Shown here: positions 51,561-64,000 of the stretch, one piece after another | Layout: every line of letters begins with the position of its first letter | Numbering within the stretch: position 1 is the first letter of the stretch | Source: Guillardia theta CCMP2712 | Lineage: Eukaryota; Protista; Cryptophyta | Assembly: GCF_000315625.1 (NCBI RefSeq) | Contig: NW_005434655.1 | Location: 529,089-593,088, forward strand | Length of the DNA: 64,000 bases | Direction: 5' to 3' | Translations under genes and position numbers: made by a program | The notes under the pieces: model-generated | Told to the model about the DNA's origin: nothing | Seen by the model: only the letters and a program-made list of their open reading frames with translations | Database searches by the model: none

Positions 51561-51589
51561 CCCACGGCCACTGTCAGACTCACTTGAAT

Positions 51590-52780
51590 GTCGACACTCA
51601 GTCACTGTGAAAGCCGCCAGTGCCCCCGAATTGAAAAGTTTCTGTCACAGCACTGTTAGCATGCAACACTCAGTGACTGATTTCGGAAGTTCTGGCAGCC
51701 GCTGAGCCGCTGAGCATCAGACCCTTGCCAAGTTGAAAGGCTTAGTTTAAGTTACCGTGACTCAGTGATCAGTGTAGTATTTAGTAGATAAAATCCTTCA
51801 GGTCACAAGTTTTCGGTCCGATCCCGCCGCCCACTGCGCTCTGACGACCTGGCAGGCGAGTCCGCCGTCAACTGACGGTTCCGATTCGGAAGAGCTGAGC
51901 CCCGCCGGGGCCGGGGCCCGGCGCCGCCACACTGCACTTTGCGGCCGGGCCGGCCCGGCCGGGGCCGGGCGGACTGCACGCGCCGTGACTAGGGCGCGCC
52001 GGGGCCGGGCCGCTGGCAGTGCCCAGCCGCCGCTCCCCGGGCCGCACGCGGAACTTCGGAAGTTCCGAATGGTTCGAGCCGCGCCCGGCCCGCCGGCGCC
52101 GAGTCGGAACTCGGAAGCCTTTCGGCCAATGAATCGTCACCGGGCCCACGCGCGGCCGCATGTCACATGGCCCGGCCCCGCTCAAGCCGCGTGACTCGGA
52201 ACTCTTGGCCGAAAGAAATGCACCTATTGCCCTCATCCCCGCTTTTACCTCCTTCAAAAGCTGGCGAAAAAACATTTGACCGGCAATTTGACCGGTAGGG
52301 GTGGGACGTTATTCCCATTGAAACATTGCCATCATTGGAGTCTGGAATCATCTGCAACCCATAAGATGACACCACCCCTAGTTCTCTCTGTCTTCTTGGG
52401 GTGTGATTCTCATTGGGGTGGTGCGGTGGAAGTCTGGAAGGTGTGTGGTAAAGAGAGGCTGCTGACATATAATCGAACCTTCTGGAGTATTCTAAGACCC
52501 TCCGTCCGATGGTTACTAGGGTACCCCACCCTATTCATTCTAGGGTTACCCCATACCACCCCAGTTGCAAATGATCAGAAAGTCTTCAAACCGCACCTCT
52601 CGATTTGCCGGGGGTATTAAAGCATCGGTCACCACCCCTACCCCCAATTGGCCGGGACTCTTTATTCCTAATGAATGATCACCCCTTCCTGGCATAGGTT
52701 TAGTACCCACTGAATGGGAACACTGGATTACTACCCCTGCCGATCACCTACCCTAACATACCCCCACCCCTGTCTCATCC
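51590..52780. promoter_or_regulatory. Intergenic motif island I: ACTCAGTGA/GC module (~51590-52200), then TACCCC-rich tract (~52370-52770)
   Basis: cactcagtcactg, cactcagtgactg, ccgtgactcagtga, caagttgaaa and ggccggcccggccgggg, then repeated TACCC(C). Confidence 0.55.
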
Positions 52781-53015
52781 TCTAGAGTCGTCCCTCTTCG
52801 TCCCTTCCAAAGTTCCATCCTGCCTCTATTGGTCAGCTTTGTCATTCTGCTTGCCCCTTCGCTTCGGTGATCTTGGTGACACGCTCTTCTTCAAAGCAAC
52901 CCTCAACCCCTCTGCTGTTGCAAAGTCAAAGGAAGCTGTTTCTTTTCAATTTTCCTACAGACTCAAGGGTTCCTGAGTCTCACTTGGTTTTTCGACCCTG
53001 TACATACTTTGCTTA

Positions 53016-54035
53016 ATGTGTGTGATGTCACCCATTTACTCTGAGAGATCTATAGAAGAGGGGATGAGCCAGGCGAAAGCTGTGTTACAGAACCCTGCTC
53101 TGAGATTTCATAGATCGGCATTATTGCACTTCGAAAGAACGAATGGATCGGATTCTTCCGGCATCTATCCTCCAAACCGAAGAATTCTTGTGAGAGCATG
53201 GAAGCGGAAAAGACCTGGGTTCAGAAGCACTCTCAAGAAGAAATCCTCGCACCTTCAAAACGTTCTTGCTATCACAACCTCCAAGAACAAAGAAGATTTG
53301 CTGGCTTCGTTCAAGAAGTTTCTACAGAAAAGGAAGACCAGGCGCTCAAAATCGCATAGAACGAAGAAGCCTTGTCACAAGTCAGGAAATCAAGATGAGT
53401 ATTTTGGGGATAACGAGTTGAACGGATATCTCAGCGAGACTGAATCCGTTTCCATGTAGAGTCTTTGATGTCAATTATGTATGATTGCTGTACAGACAGT
53501 ATTTGCCAGTTGCGTGAATTTTCCAATAAACCGAAGTGTTCGACAAAACCTGCTCTTACAGAACACTCGGCATAAAAACAAGACAGTTTATTGGAGAGAT
53601 TTCCAAACAACTATAATCTACAATACTCAATTGCAACTGTGGAAGAAAGAAAGAGGTGAAAGAATAACTGAGGGCCTTCGATGCAAGATTTCTCAAATGT
53701 CTCGCGCGATATGGCACACGTCTAAATGTAGAAGTTAGGAGACGATCTTTCTCCTGGCTTGCGATATTCGGGTGCACCAAGGGTTCCTTTGATGAACTGG
53801 GTATAGCCCGCAGAGTGACAAGACCCCCTATGGTAGTCTAATTAGTCACACTGCACGTAACAAGAGCGGTTTCATACTTGTGCCACCCCTGTGAGCCCGG
53901 CGAAGAACGCTCTTTACATGTCTTGTTCTGTCCATATGCACCCTGCAATTTGTAGAACAGCGATGGCGACTCCGGTTTCCCAAGAGGGTACCACATCTGC
54001 AGATGTTTGTCAGTAATTCCCAATATCTCGACAAT
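53016..54035 (+). pseudogene. Degenerate reading frame, basic N-part plus possible PHD/zinc-knuckle (PZP-like) relic
   Basis: Fragments ACDIRVHQG, PYG, YLCHPCE, LFCP, SDG and YHICRCLSVIP occur in PZP order but are broken by stops and frameshifts. Confidence 0.3.
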
Positions 54036-54729
54036 GAAAGACAGATATGGTTGAGGGATAGTTAATCTTCGAACACGAAACGATATGTTAAAATCTCAAA
54101 AAATGTTCAAATCTCAAAAAATTATGTTCAAATCTGCTGCAATCTTGCGATTGTATCTCGCTTCCATTTTGTTCTTGTACAGCCTTGCAGATTAGAAATA
54201 AAACCATCAGCATTGAAATGTGTTGTATGCATCTAGCTTCAACTCTGAAAATGATTGACAAAACTTTCATTTTTGTTCAACCAAATGAATTCACCTAGAA
54301 ATTGAAGGGAATTCGTGAGGGAGAGATCAGCCAAGATAATTTGTCTGACCAACAAGAAAAAGTGTGCTACAATCATTCCCTTTGCACGTTGCAGCGACAA
54401 CACTAACAGCATGACCTAAACATCGAGATGGCAGCTTTCTCACAGTCCATTTAGCATTTCAATCGATTGCTGATTTGAATCTCAACCTTCAACCCTTATC
54501 GCATCCATCAAAGCATGTCTGTCTGCCTCTTCACCTCGCTCTACAACCAATTTTTCATCTCAACTAGTTTTTTAAAAAGACTACCACAGTGGTAGTCTTG
54601 TTAACTTGAGTAATATATTCTGTACAAATCATTTGTTCACACCAGTACAAACAAGAACCAAAAGGTGATAACAAAAAAGGTAACAATATAGTAAAACATG
54701 AACATGGCTGACAGACCAAAACAATTTCT

Positions 54730-54803
54730 CGCTCCCGGCAGGGCTCGAACCTGCGACCTAACGGTTAACAGCCGTTCGCTCTGACCGACTGAGCTACGGA
54801 AGC
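54730..54803 (-). tRNA. trnN-GTT: tRNA-Asn (anticodon GTT), intronless
   Basis: - strand reads GCTTCCGTAGCTCAGTCGGTCAGAGCGAACGGCTGTTAACCGTTAGGTCGCAGGTTCGAGCCCTGCCGGGAGCG. Full cloverleaf, A/B boxes, and TTTT shortly downstream. Confidence 0.97.
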
Positions 54804-55128
54804 ACGTCTTGTGCTCTGTAACCAGAGCTTATATCGAACCTCATCCCCACACTGACCCTGGGGGTTGTCCAGGTTGGTGAGTCAGGGAGTCATGGCGTAT
54901 GCAGGGAAGGGAAGGGAAGGGAGGGAGGGAGGAAGAGAAGGGAGAAGTAGGTAGGAGGGAGAGGAGGGTTGAGAACCAGAAAGGGAAAGCAAAAGCACCA
55001 GAAGAGGGAGAAAACGAGAGAGCAAGTGGGCAAGCACGGGATAGACTGTGCTTGAGCGATCGTTAGTAAGGAACAAGAATACTGCATAACTCGAATGACA
55101 TTGTAATGCTCAACAGATTTGATCCACG

Positions 55129-57064
55129 ATGGGATGGAAGACTTCTTCCTCCCTGGTTCTCGCTGTATATGCTGGTCTGCAGATACCAGAGCATCTTTGA
55201 GAGTTCTGATCCTCCCTGACAGGTGTACTACTGTTCATCAGTCAGAGAGACAAACGAGCGAGTTTTGATCAACCGGAGGCTGTAAACAGGTCAGATTTTG
55301 CTTCCCTTCGAGACTTCCCTTTGTTTGAAGTTCAGTCGCTCTTGGGTCATACCTAGGAACGGCAGGATCAGTTTGCTGTCTTTGCAAGGGCAGCAGCAAG
55401 GATATAACGATCTCAAGCTCCTCACAGACGCTAGGGACTCGCAGGTATGGCTCGATCCTCAAACATCCCCTGACCTGACGCGACGTGCTTTTTCCTTCAG
55501 AGGCAGGACGAGCAGGCGGCGAAGGAGCGAAGGATGGCGCTGCTGAAGAAGGCCGGGGTGACGGGGAGGGGGAGGGAGCAGAAAGGTGACGTAGAGGGGG
55601 GCAGCATGAGTCTACCCCTCCTAACATGCCACAGACGGAGTAGACCTTGGCCTCCTTAAACAAGCCGTGAAGGAGCAGAACTACGAGTCTTCCGCACAGA
55701 CCAAGGGGTGATAGGAAGAGGGGGGAAGGGGGGGGAGGGGAGGGGAGGGGAGGAGGGAAAGGGGAGGGGAGGACAGTGAGAAGTGGGAGGTAGTGATGGT
55801 GAAGCCTTGTGACGTAGCTGTGAAGGTTCACGAGGGATCTGCTTGCTGCCTCGCGAGCCCAGGCTTCCAAGGAGCAGAAGGGGATGCAGTTCAAGGGGAA
55901 CGTTCCTATCCAGCAGGAGCTGCGGAAGATACTGGGCGATCAAGTGAGCATGCAGGCGGGAGAGGAAGGAGCTGAGATTCCTGTCTGCTTCAGTTTGTTT
56001 CAGGCTCGTACCATAAAGCTTCTATTGGTTCAAGTCCAGCACAAGATCAGCAGACCTCGATCAGCCTGAGCGGTCCAGCACGGAAGGCGCCGCAGGTAGA
56101 GAAGTTGAGATGCTGCTGGGAAGATGACAGGGAAGCAGTTTTTAAGCTTGAAGGACGAGAAGAAGTTGGTTTCAGAGCTGACAAGTGGGTCGCAAGGTTG
56201 GAAGCCTCTGATTTCTCTTTCTATTTCTCATGCTCTCTCTCCTGCTCTTGCTTCCTTTGAATATGTCAAAGTTCCATTCTCTTATCTGATGTTGGCGCAT
56301 CAGACTCTGCGATCAAGTCGATCGAGAATGCTGCTCGCGTCCCGCATGCCAGGAGGAACGGACTCGCTCTCGACGATGAGAAGAATCTTGTGGGCTACCT
56401 CGACTCGTCAGCTGCAGGTGGGAGGTTGGCAGCAACCGGCTGTGATCACAGTCATACCCTTGCTACTTCCTTCGCCTTGCGTCTGTTATGATACCCCTCA
56501 ACGAGTAGACGACCACCATTACCGCTCCCTCCTCCATCGGCTGCATCAAAGGAGACATCTCATGCACCAAAGGTGCCATACATGTCTTCCTCCTCCTCCT
56601 CTCCCTCCTGACAAGTCGCAGGCGACATGCCCTGGAGTCTCCTGCTGTGCGTAGCTGCCATGCGCTCCCCGCAGTGAGCTGACTTTCTGTAGGACGAACA
56701 TACTGGCAAGCATCATATGAAATCATGTTGGGACTCCTTCCCTTCCCTTCCTTGCCCCTTCCGCTCACCTTCCCATTCCCTTCCCCCTTCTCCTGCTCCT
56801 TCCCTTTACTCTCCCTGCCCCTGCACTTTTTCATCCTTTGCCGACAATCTCTTTCCCTCCTTTCCTGTTCCACGTCCATCCCTCCTTCCCGCTTCCTTTC
56901 ACCACTACCACCACCTCCTCCCCTTTCCCTCTGCAACATTCATGGACTTACTATCATATGTTTCAGATATGAACTACTGGAAGTGGGCGAGGGGGAAGCG
57001 GCTTAAGAAAGAGCTGTCGGGTGTAGTTGACAACGTTCTCAAAGACCTGCAGCATAGAAAGTGA
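55129..57064 (+). CDS. Hypothetical protein with N-terminal signal/anchor, many small exons
   Basis: MGWKTSSSLVLAVYAG|VLLFISQRD.. can be spliced through GT-AG introns. Last exon reads MNYWKWARGKRLKKELSGVVDNVLKDLQHRK*. Confidence 0.55.
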
Positions 57065-57204
57065 AAGTGAAGTGAAAGTGAAAGCTTCTTGTTTATTCTC
57101 CTCCTCCCCCTCCAGTTTCACCTCCTCCAGTTTCACCTCCTCCTCCTCCTCCTCCTCCTCCTCCTCCTCCTCCTCCTCCTCCTCCTCCTCCTCCTCCTCC
57201 TCAT

Positions 57205-60200
57205 CTACACTTCTTCGCTGCTCGAATCCAGCAGCCGACCGACCACGAACTTGTGCATAGACATGGCAAGCTCCTTCCACTCGGAGCTGCTACCCGAGTA
57301 CGAGGAGGAGGAGGCGGCAGCCACTCCCACCTGAGCAGCGGAGTCAAGAAGGAGCGGAGACGAGAGACAAGATAAAGCATGCTATGAGAGAGTCAACAAG
57401 CATGAAGGGGAAGAGAGGGGGAGGGAGAAGGAAGAAGATGGAGGAGAAGTGGGGAGGAAGAGGAGAAGAAGCAAGGATGTGTAGTGGTCAACACCTCCGT
57501 TGGAATCTCCAATGGAAGACTCTCGTGCTGATGACTTGCAAGGGAACACGCAGGCTGATCGTTCATGTGACTAGCCGACGAACACATACCCCCTCCTCCT
57601 CCCCTTCCCTCCCCTTCCCTCCCCTTCCCTCCCCTTCCCTCCCCTTCCCTCCCCTTCCCTCCCCTTCCCTCCCCTTCCCTTCCCTTACTCCCTGCCTGTC
57701 CTCTGCCCTCCCATTCCTCCCCTGACTCCTATCCACACCTGCATCATCACTTGAAACATTCTGTTGGGTCCCGCAAATCCTTGAGTCCCCTCGTCATCAA
57801 TCTAACGCGCCAGCATCAGAAGCGAAGCAGTAGAGCGAAGCAGAGGAGGAAAAGGAGGAGGAAAAGGAGGGGAGAGGAGGGTAGGGGAGCGGAGCGGAGG
57901 TAAATGACAAGATCACAATGATTTTCTCACCGCCGCAGTAGAGAAACGAGTCGCAGGGGTGGAGGGCGATGGTGTTGATAGGACAGGGCAAAGAGATGGC
58001 GGCTAAGGAAGAACCTGAAGGAGACAACAATCAGGAGAGGGACGAAGAAGATCGAGAAAGAGAAATACGGAGAAGCAAGAAAAAGTTGAATATGCAAGGA
58101 AACAGCTGCACGCATTTAGAGGCAGAGGCAGAGAAAGCGGCAGCGGCAGCGGCAGGAGGGAGCGGGGAGGTTGCATTCCTGCCCGACATCTCAAAACCTA
58201 CCAGTGGGGATATGGAAAATCCTGACAGTCTTATCGAGAGAGGAGGAGCACACGCGAGCTTCGCATCCTCCTGCCCCGACCACCACTGAAGTGACGGGCA
58301 ACGTGTGCTGTGACCAGGTGACGGAAGGAGACGGGAGAGCGGAGGAGACGGCAGAGTAGTCCAGGAGGTTACCCATGCTCCATGCACGTACCTGGTGCTT
58401 GTTACCAGTCCTCCTCCTCCTCCACCACCACCACTGATCCTTGTTCCCCTGCTTGTCGTGCATGCCGTCGCTTGCGTGGTTGGAGTAGCGGTTTTCGCTG
58501 CCTCCTTCGTTTCCTAGTATTTTATTGAGGCGGGTTTGTAGGCTTTATCCTCGTCCTCCTTTGTTTGCTCCGGTTTGCCTTTCTTTTTCAGTCAATACAG
58601 TCTGATTTTCCTAAATCGCGAAACTTTCATCATTGTGGGCTGCACTGCGTCATCACCATGGAATAATATGTGTAGCCACGGTTACAAGAGACTCAGTCGT
58701 TGCATCATGTCATGTGCTGCCTGGAAAATGACATTTAATGATATCTGTAAGATTTCATTCATATTTAGTATCATTGAAGGCCTGAATTCTCCATCACCCC
58801 AAATACAGTCACCGTACCCTGAGAACTGCAGTGAGTAGCCTTGTTGAAGATTCCCGCAGGCAGACTCTCCAGCTTGTTGTTGTAAAGATTTATCTGCACA
58901 AGCTGGCTCGAGAGCTCGTCGAACACCCCTGCAGGCAGACTCTCCAGCTTGTGTCGGAAAGAAATAGCCAAATCAAGATTGAGAGCCTGTCGAAGATCCC
59001 TGCAGCAGACTCTCCAGCTTGTTGTTGGAAAGAAATAGCCAAATCAAGNNNNNNNNNNNNNNNNNNNNNNNNNNNNNNNNNNNNNNNNNNNNNNNNNNNN
59101 NNNNNNNNNNNNNNNNNNNNNNNNNNNNNNNNNNNNNNNNNNNNNNNNTACCCCCCTCCGCCCTCCTCCCCACCCCCTTCCCCTTCCCCTTCCTACCCTT
59201 CCCCTTCCTCAAATGTTCCATCCATCCTCTTTCTCTCCGACCCACCCTCCCCTTCCCCCCTCCCGTCCTCGACATCGCCGACGATCCCATTGCCCCTCCT
59301 CTTCTCTCTGTATACCAGAGCGTCCTCAGAGGCAGTGAGGATGAACGAACTGTCGTCAGTGAAGGCGATCGAAGTGACTGCATCGATGTCAGTCGACACT
59401 CTTTCTGCTCCTCTCATGTTGACTGCTGTCAAATTCTTCCGCAATGATGCCCTCTCCGCTCTGCCCTGCCCTGCCCTGCCCTGCCCTGCCCTGCCCTGCC
59501 CTGCCCTGCCCTGCCCTGCCCTTCTTTCTCTCCCTCGTCTCGCCACTGTCTTCAGTTCGTCTCCTTTCCTCTTCCTCTCTCAAAGCAGTTTCACCTGATC
59601 TGTAATGAGCCTCCCACGTTCGAATCAGAGCTCCTCCGCACACCTGTAAACTTCCTTCACAACTCTCCTCCTCCTCCTCCCTTGTCTCCCATCCCACCAT
59701 TCCCCTCTCCCCACCCTGTTCTCTCCCTTCCTCCCCTTCTTCCCCCTCTTCCTCGTCCTCTGCACAGCATGAAATAAAACTTTCCTCCCACAAGTAAACT
59801 CTTCCAGTCTCGGCTCCAGCGAGAATGTAGCTTCCTGCTGCACATCAGGTACCCGTGAAAAGATAAAAGAACGCTCCTCACCGTCGGCATTGGCTGCGAT
59901 CGAGCAAACCTTCTCGGGAAGAGACATCTTCGCGTGCGGCTGCAGAATCGGAAGGAGCAGAGGGGGCAGGAGTGGGAGGGAGGAATGGAAATCAGTGCCA
60001 GCGGCCAACTAAGAAAGAGACAGAACACAAGTGATAGAGGAGAAAGTTGTAGAGAAGGAGGACTGGAAGAAACAATGGAGCGAAACTTCTAGCAGGAGGA
60101 GGAAGAAGGAGAAAGGAGGAGAAAGGAGGAGACACTTAAGGTAATAAGAGGCTTCCAGGTGAAGAGACCAAACTGACGAGCAATGAGACAGGAAATGCAA

Positions 60201-60520
60201 CAAGAGGATCAGGACGAGAAGGGAGCAGGACGAGGAGAGCAGCAGCATCAGCAGCAGCAGCAGCAGCAGCAGCAAGCAGCAGCAAGCAGGCAGGAAAAGA
60301 ATACCTGGTCCTTTCTCCAGTTGAAGACATGCAACGTTGGTTTGTTTGCAAGGGGCACAGCAAAGAAATCCCTTCCCACAGTAGCTACCGCATCCTTGGA
60401 AGCAGGAGACGCTGGACGATAGGACACGATCGTCGTTGCCGTGATAAGCTCCCACATGTTCATGGTAGAATCATCCCCTCCTCCACTCAGCACAACCTCC
60501 TGCAGTGCTGGTAACGGCAT
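57205..60520 (-). CDS. WDR18: WD40 protein WDR18/Ipi3 (Rix1 complex); multi-exon, spans a gap
   Basis: LHVFNWRKDQ, SYILAGAETGRVYLWE, LIRTWEAHYR, SIAFTDDSSFILTASEDAL and WSQHTLPVTSVVVGAGGCEARVCSSSLDKTVRIF. Confidence 0.88.
57600..57685. repeat. Intronic (CCCCTTCCCT)n tract
   Basis: Direct reading. Confidence 0.9.
58771..59048 (-). pseudogene. Leucine-rich-repeat fragment (about three ~72-bp units, frameshifted) inside a WDR18 intron
   Basis: LFLSNNKLESL, HKLESLPAGVFDELSSQ and INLYNNKLESLPAGIFNK. Tandem gcagactctccagcttgt units abut the gap. Confidence 0.75.
59049..59148. other. Assembly gap (100 N)
   Basis: Run of N. Confidence 1.
59462..59521. repeat. Intronic (TGCCC)n pentamer repeat
   Basis: Direct reading. 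Confidence 0.95.
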
Positions 60521-60989
60521 CCTCCTTGGACCTTGCCGGCCTCTACCAGCCAAGGGATAGGATCCTTGTGGAGGGCAGGAGGGAGGGGGGAGGGGGGGCT
60601 AGGATGGAGTTCCAACTTGATGTTTCTTGTCTTCTTTGGGCAGATGACTCTCAATGTTCCGTTGTTACCTTGCTACTGGTTTGTGATCTAGTCGACGTGA
60701 AAATTCTGCTGATTTTGCGGATTCTTCCTGAAGAGCAAATTCAGCAGATTTTTCATATTTCCTCGTCCTCGTCCTCGTCCTCCTCGTCCTCGTCCTTCTC
60801 CTCGTGCTCCTCGTGCTCCCCCCCCCCCCCCCCTCCTCCTCCTCAGCTTCGATTAAGTCTAGTCCATCCCTTCATGCTCCTTTCCTCTTTCGCTCCTCTC
60901 CTCCCTCCCTTCATCCTTCAGACATTTTCCCACTGCATCCATTCGCACGTGAAAATCGATGAGCGGGGATGAGGGCTATACCTCTACTC

Positions 60990-61950
60990 GAAGACTCCGG
61001 GACTCTCGCCGCCGCCGGCGCCCCGGCGCCGAGCCGCCCTCCGAGGCTCGGCCGCCCGGCGGCCCGGCTCGGAGCCCCGGAGGCCGAGTCTTATAGCAAG
61101 TTCGGAACTGATGATCAGGCATTTACTCAAAATTAGTAGGGTTTACTAAAGTTAAGTCATCATGGCAGATAGCCGCGGCCTGAACTTGGAATGAGACTCG
61201 GAGGCTCCGACGCATCAGTGTAGTACCGGCCGGGCATCACTCCGACTGGCAGGCTGTGACCGCCGCCGACCATGACTGCACCCACGATGATGCGGCAGCG
61301 AAGGACAGGGAGGCCTTGGGCTGACGAAAGATCCTGGTGAACCGGATGCGTCACGTTTGCAAGTCGGATCAGAACCTGGTTTCGGATCAGAACCCCGCGC
61401 CGGGCCCGGCGCCGGGCCCGGGCCGGTGGCCGGGCTACACGGTGTTACTGCTAGTACACGCCGCCGACCGGGAGTCTTTCAAAGCATCGGAAGCCGGGCG
61501 GGCCTGGAAGTTTCCGCCCAACTACCCCCATTTGAAGACCCTTACCCCACCAATTTGTTCCCTGATCATTATCACCCTACAATAGTTAGTCAAATATACC
61601 CGTCTAGTAACAGATTAGAGTACCCCTACCCGTCAATAATATAGATCTGTTACAGGCCACCCCACCTCCAATTTCCCTAATTACGGCGTCGATTACCCCC
61701 ACCCCACATCAAAATCTTTGCACCCCCTCATTCTCTCGTTTGAATCACCACCCCACCCGTACACACATCCCTGACCCACCCTTACCTTGTGAAAAAGTTT
61801 GTACCCCACTTTTGAACATATAAAATACCCTCACTGATACCTCCACCCACCCGTGTCATCCATTTAGGACCCTACCATAGTTGGCCCTACCCCCGTTTAT
61901 CAAATGAAACCCTACCCCCAAGTCCCAACAGATATGTACCCCAACCCATA
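60990..61950. promoter_or_regulatory. Intergenic motif island J: GC module (~60995-61505), then TACCCC-rich tract (~61520-61945)
   Basis: cgccgggcccggcgccgggcccgggccgg and GAGTC/GACTC words, then dense TACCCC up to the + strand gene. Confidence 0.55.
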
Positions 61951-62055
61951 TCTCACCATTTCTACCTCCTCCATGCGGTGGCAGCAGGCGCAGCCTATGG
62001 CGGAGGCTACGAGGACTGTGAGGTTAACAGAGAGCCCTGAGTTCGCAATCTGAAC

Positions 62056-63813
62056 ATGAGCAACATGGTTGTTTCATCCACCGCCATCCTCGCAAGAAGA
62101 CTTCCCACCTACGATAACAGCAAGAAGAATGACAGTCAGGGGAAGCACAAGCATCGCAAGCAACATGGCACTTCGCATCCAGTTCTGCTCGATGTCGTGG
62201 ATGAGGAGAGGATGCAGGGCAAGGAGTGGGAATGGGAAAAATCTGGGGAATATGGCAGGAGAGCGATGCAGTGCGGCGAAAATCTGTCGAAAACACTGCA
62301 TTTTTTTGGAATCTCCAATCCACTTGACGTGAGTTTATGTTTGACAAAGTTCCGATGATGATATGACGTTTGGCATCGGACAGATCATCTGGAGCCATGC
62401 AACAAACAGTTCTGCCAAGCTTGAAAGGGCTCTCAGCAAAGGAAGCAGCGTCATGTTCCTTGAAGCCGATGTTAACTGGGGTAGCTGCGGATCTTTGAAG
62501 GACATAGCAGTCATGGCGCATCCGCCGAGCAGAACGTCTGATTTGACCTTCCAGGAATTTTGTAATCCATTTGGAATTCTTTTGTTTTCCCTTTGAGATG
62601 ACTCAGCATGCTCAGGTCTACGAGTTGTGGAGCACAATCGAGTTTGTCCCCACAATGCTCGGGTCGGGGTCAAGTTCGACTTCAAGGTTCGTTTCCCTCC
62701 TTTTCGCGAGCGCTTCTGGCCTGATGCGGCACCCGACCAGGATCCGAGATGCATAGTTCCTTGTTTAACGTTCCTTAGAGAGCTCGCTGGAAGCAACGAG
62801 AGCATTGGGTTTCCAGTGAGTGCTTCCTCTCCCTCCAGTTCAACAGGTTGATGATTGAACCCTCCAAGGTATTCTTAAACGCCGATGTCTGGATGGGCCC
62901 AGGAGGGAAAGTGCCGCAGATCCAGCCATCAGGTGAATCCTCTGGCAAGAGGATGCAAGGTCTCTGACACAGCTGGCTAGAGTTCTTCGCAGCTTGTTTT
63001 GACATCTACCCCGCCGGCACTCTCAGCCCGGTGAGTAGCTGGGGCAGTCGATCCTTATCAGTGACGAGGACGAAGGGCTGGACCTGCTGGCTGAAGTTTC
63101 AAGGGCCGAGTGATGCGGTGAGCCCAAGACTCCTCCTGCTCTCTGGCTCCATCTCATCAGCTCCTGTAGGCCTCCAGGCTCCTGGACCCCATGGTACTCC
63201 AAGGATACGAGTTGGACCACATCGACGATGCCCTCCGCACTCTACCTCGGGGCGTCGGGCATGTTACGTTCCCTGTGCACTGCACCATGGCGCGAGTAGG
63301 GCACGATGCGATCATCAAGCTGCTAGAGGTTGTCGGTGAAAGGGTGCGCACAGGGGTTGCTGAGCTGGTGCCGCAGGCTGATGAGAGGTTCACACTGACC
63401 GTATGGGGCGAAGCGATGGCAGGAGATGATGAGTGGATGTTCAAGACGCCAGAGCTGCAAGGTAGGGGAAGCAAATGCTGCGAAGCTGTGCAGTCGCCGA
63501 AGCTCACGCGCCTCAGGTCGGATTTTCCGGGATTGTGCGAAACCAGGAATCTTATCCTACGGCTTGACTTTGGCTCCTCTCTTGTTTCAGAGGGCGACGA
63601 GGTAGCGTGCAGTAGAGGCTCTCGTGGGTGCTGAGAGGATGGCAGGTCGCTGGCTCTTACGGCCTTCGGAGGGGCGTTCGGGCTGAAGACCCTGTCAGGG
63701 TAGGAGCAAGGCTGTTCGAGGAAGGCTCGGGTGACTCTTGTTCAGGAAAGCAGTCACAGACACCCAGCAAGTCAACGAGGAGAACGAACGCCCAGATGGT
63801 ACCGATATGCTGA
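62056..63813 (+). CDS. FAM151: FAM151/menorin family protein (PLC-like phosphodiesterase fold); ends approximate
   Basis: IIWSHATNS, MFLEADV, VMAHPPSRTSDLTFQE, GVKFDFK, FLNADVWMGPGG, TLSP, VTFPV and TLTVW. Confidence 0.88.
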
Positions 63814-64000
63814 GGAGCGAGTGAGAGAACTCGGCGAGTCGTTTTGTAAATATGTCAATAGACACAAGATCTTGCAGCTACTTTTTGTACGCGAGGTTGA
63901 ATTGAATGGCTAAGGAGTCGGGATGGTAGTCAGCTGGATTCCTGGTATAGACGCTACTGAGATAGTAGCTTTCTGCATCGCACTGCAAGGTTTCAGCTGA

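Overview
Eukaryotic, intron-rich, gene-dense nuclear DNA. Short GT-AG introns, bipartite plastid-targeting presequences (signal peptide + aromatic +1 residue) and RWP-RK genes suggest a complex-plastid alga, most likely a cryptophyte of the Guillardia type (inference, no database check). About 19 protein genes can be modelled by hand: three RWP-RK factors, a KMO-like FAD monooxygenase, spastin, a CLC exchanger, DEG1 protease, DNAJC7, importin-7/8, a PH + single-domain voltage-gated + EF-hand channel, an SK-type channel lacking the GYG filter, a MORN protein, a PHD+CRC protein, WDR18, FAM151/menorin and several orphans. There is also one tRNA-Asn(GTT) and three assembly gaps. The most striking unexplained structure is a set of intergenic islands recurring every ~4-16 kb. 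They do not appear alignable but share a word vocabulary: a GC-rich palindromic module (CCGG/GGCCCG, TGAGTC/ACTCAGTGA, CCGTGAC, AACTTGAA), an AT-rich linker, and a strand-polarised TACCCC/GGGGTA-rich module that usually points at a gene start. Other highlights are a ~1.2-kb inverted duplication creating a head-to-head RWP-RK pair and a 31-bp-phased CCAAT array. Exon boundaries were read by eye and are approximate.
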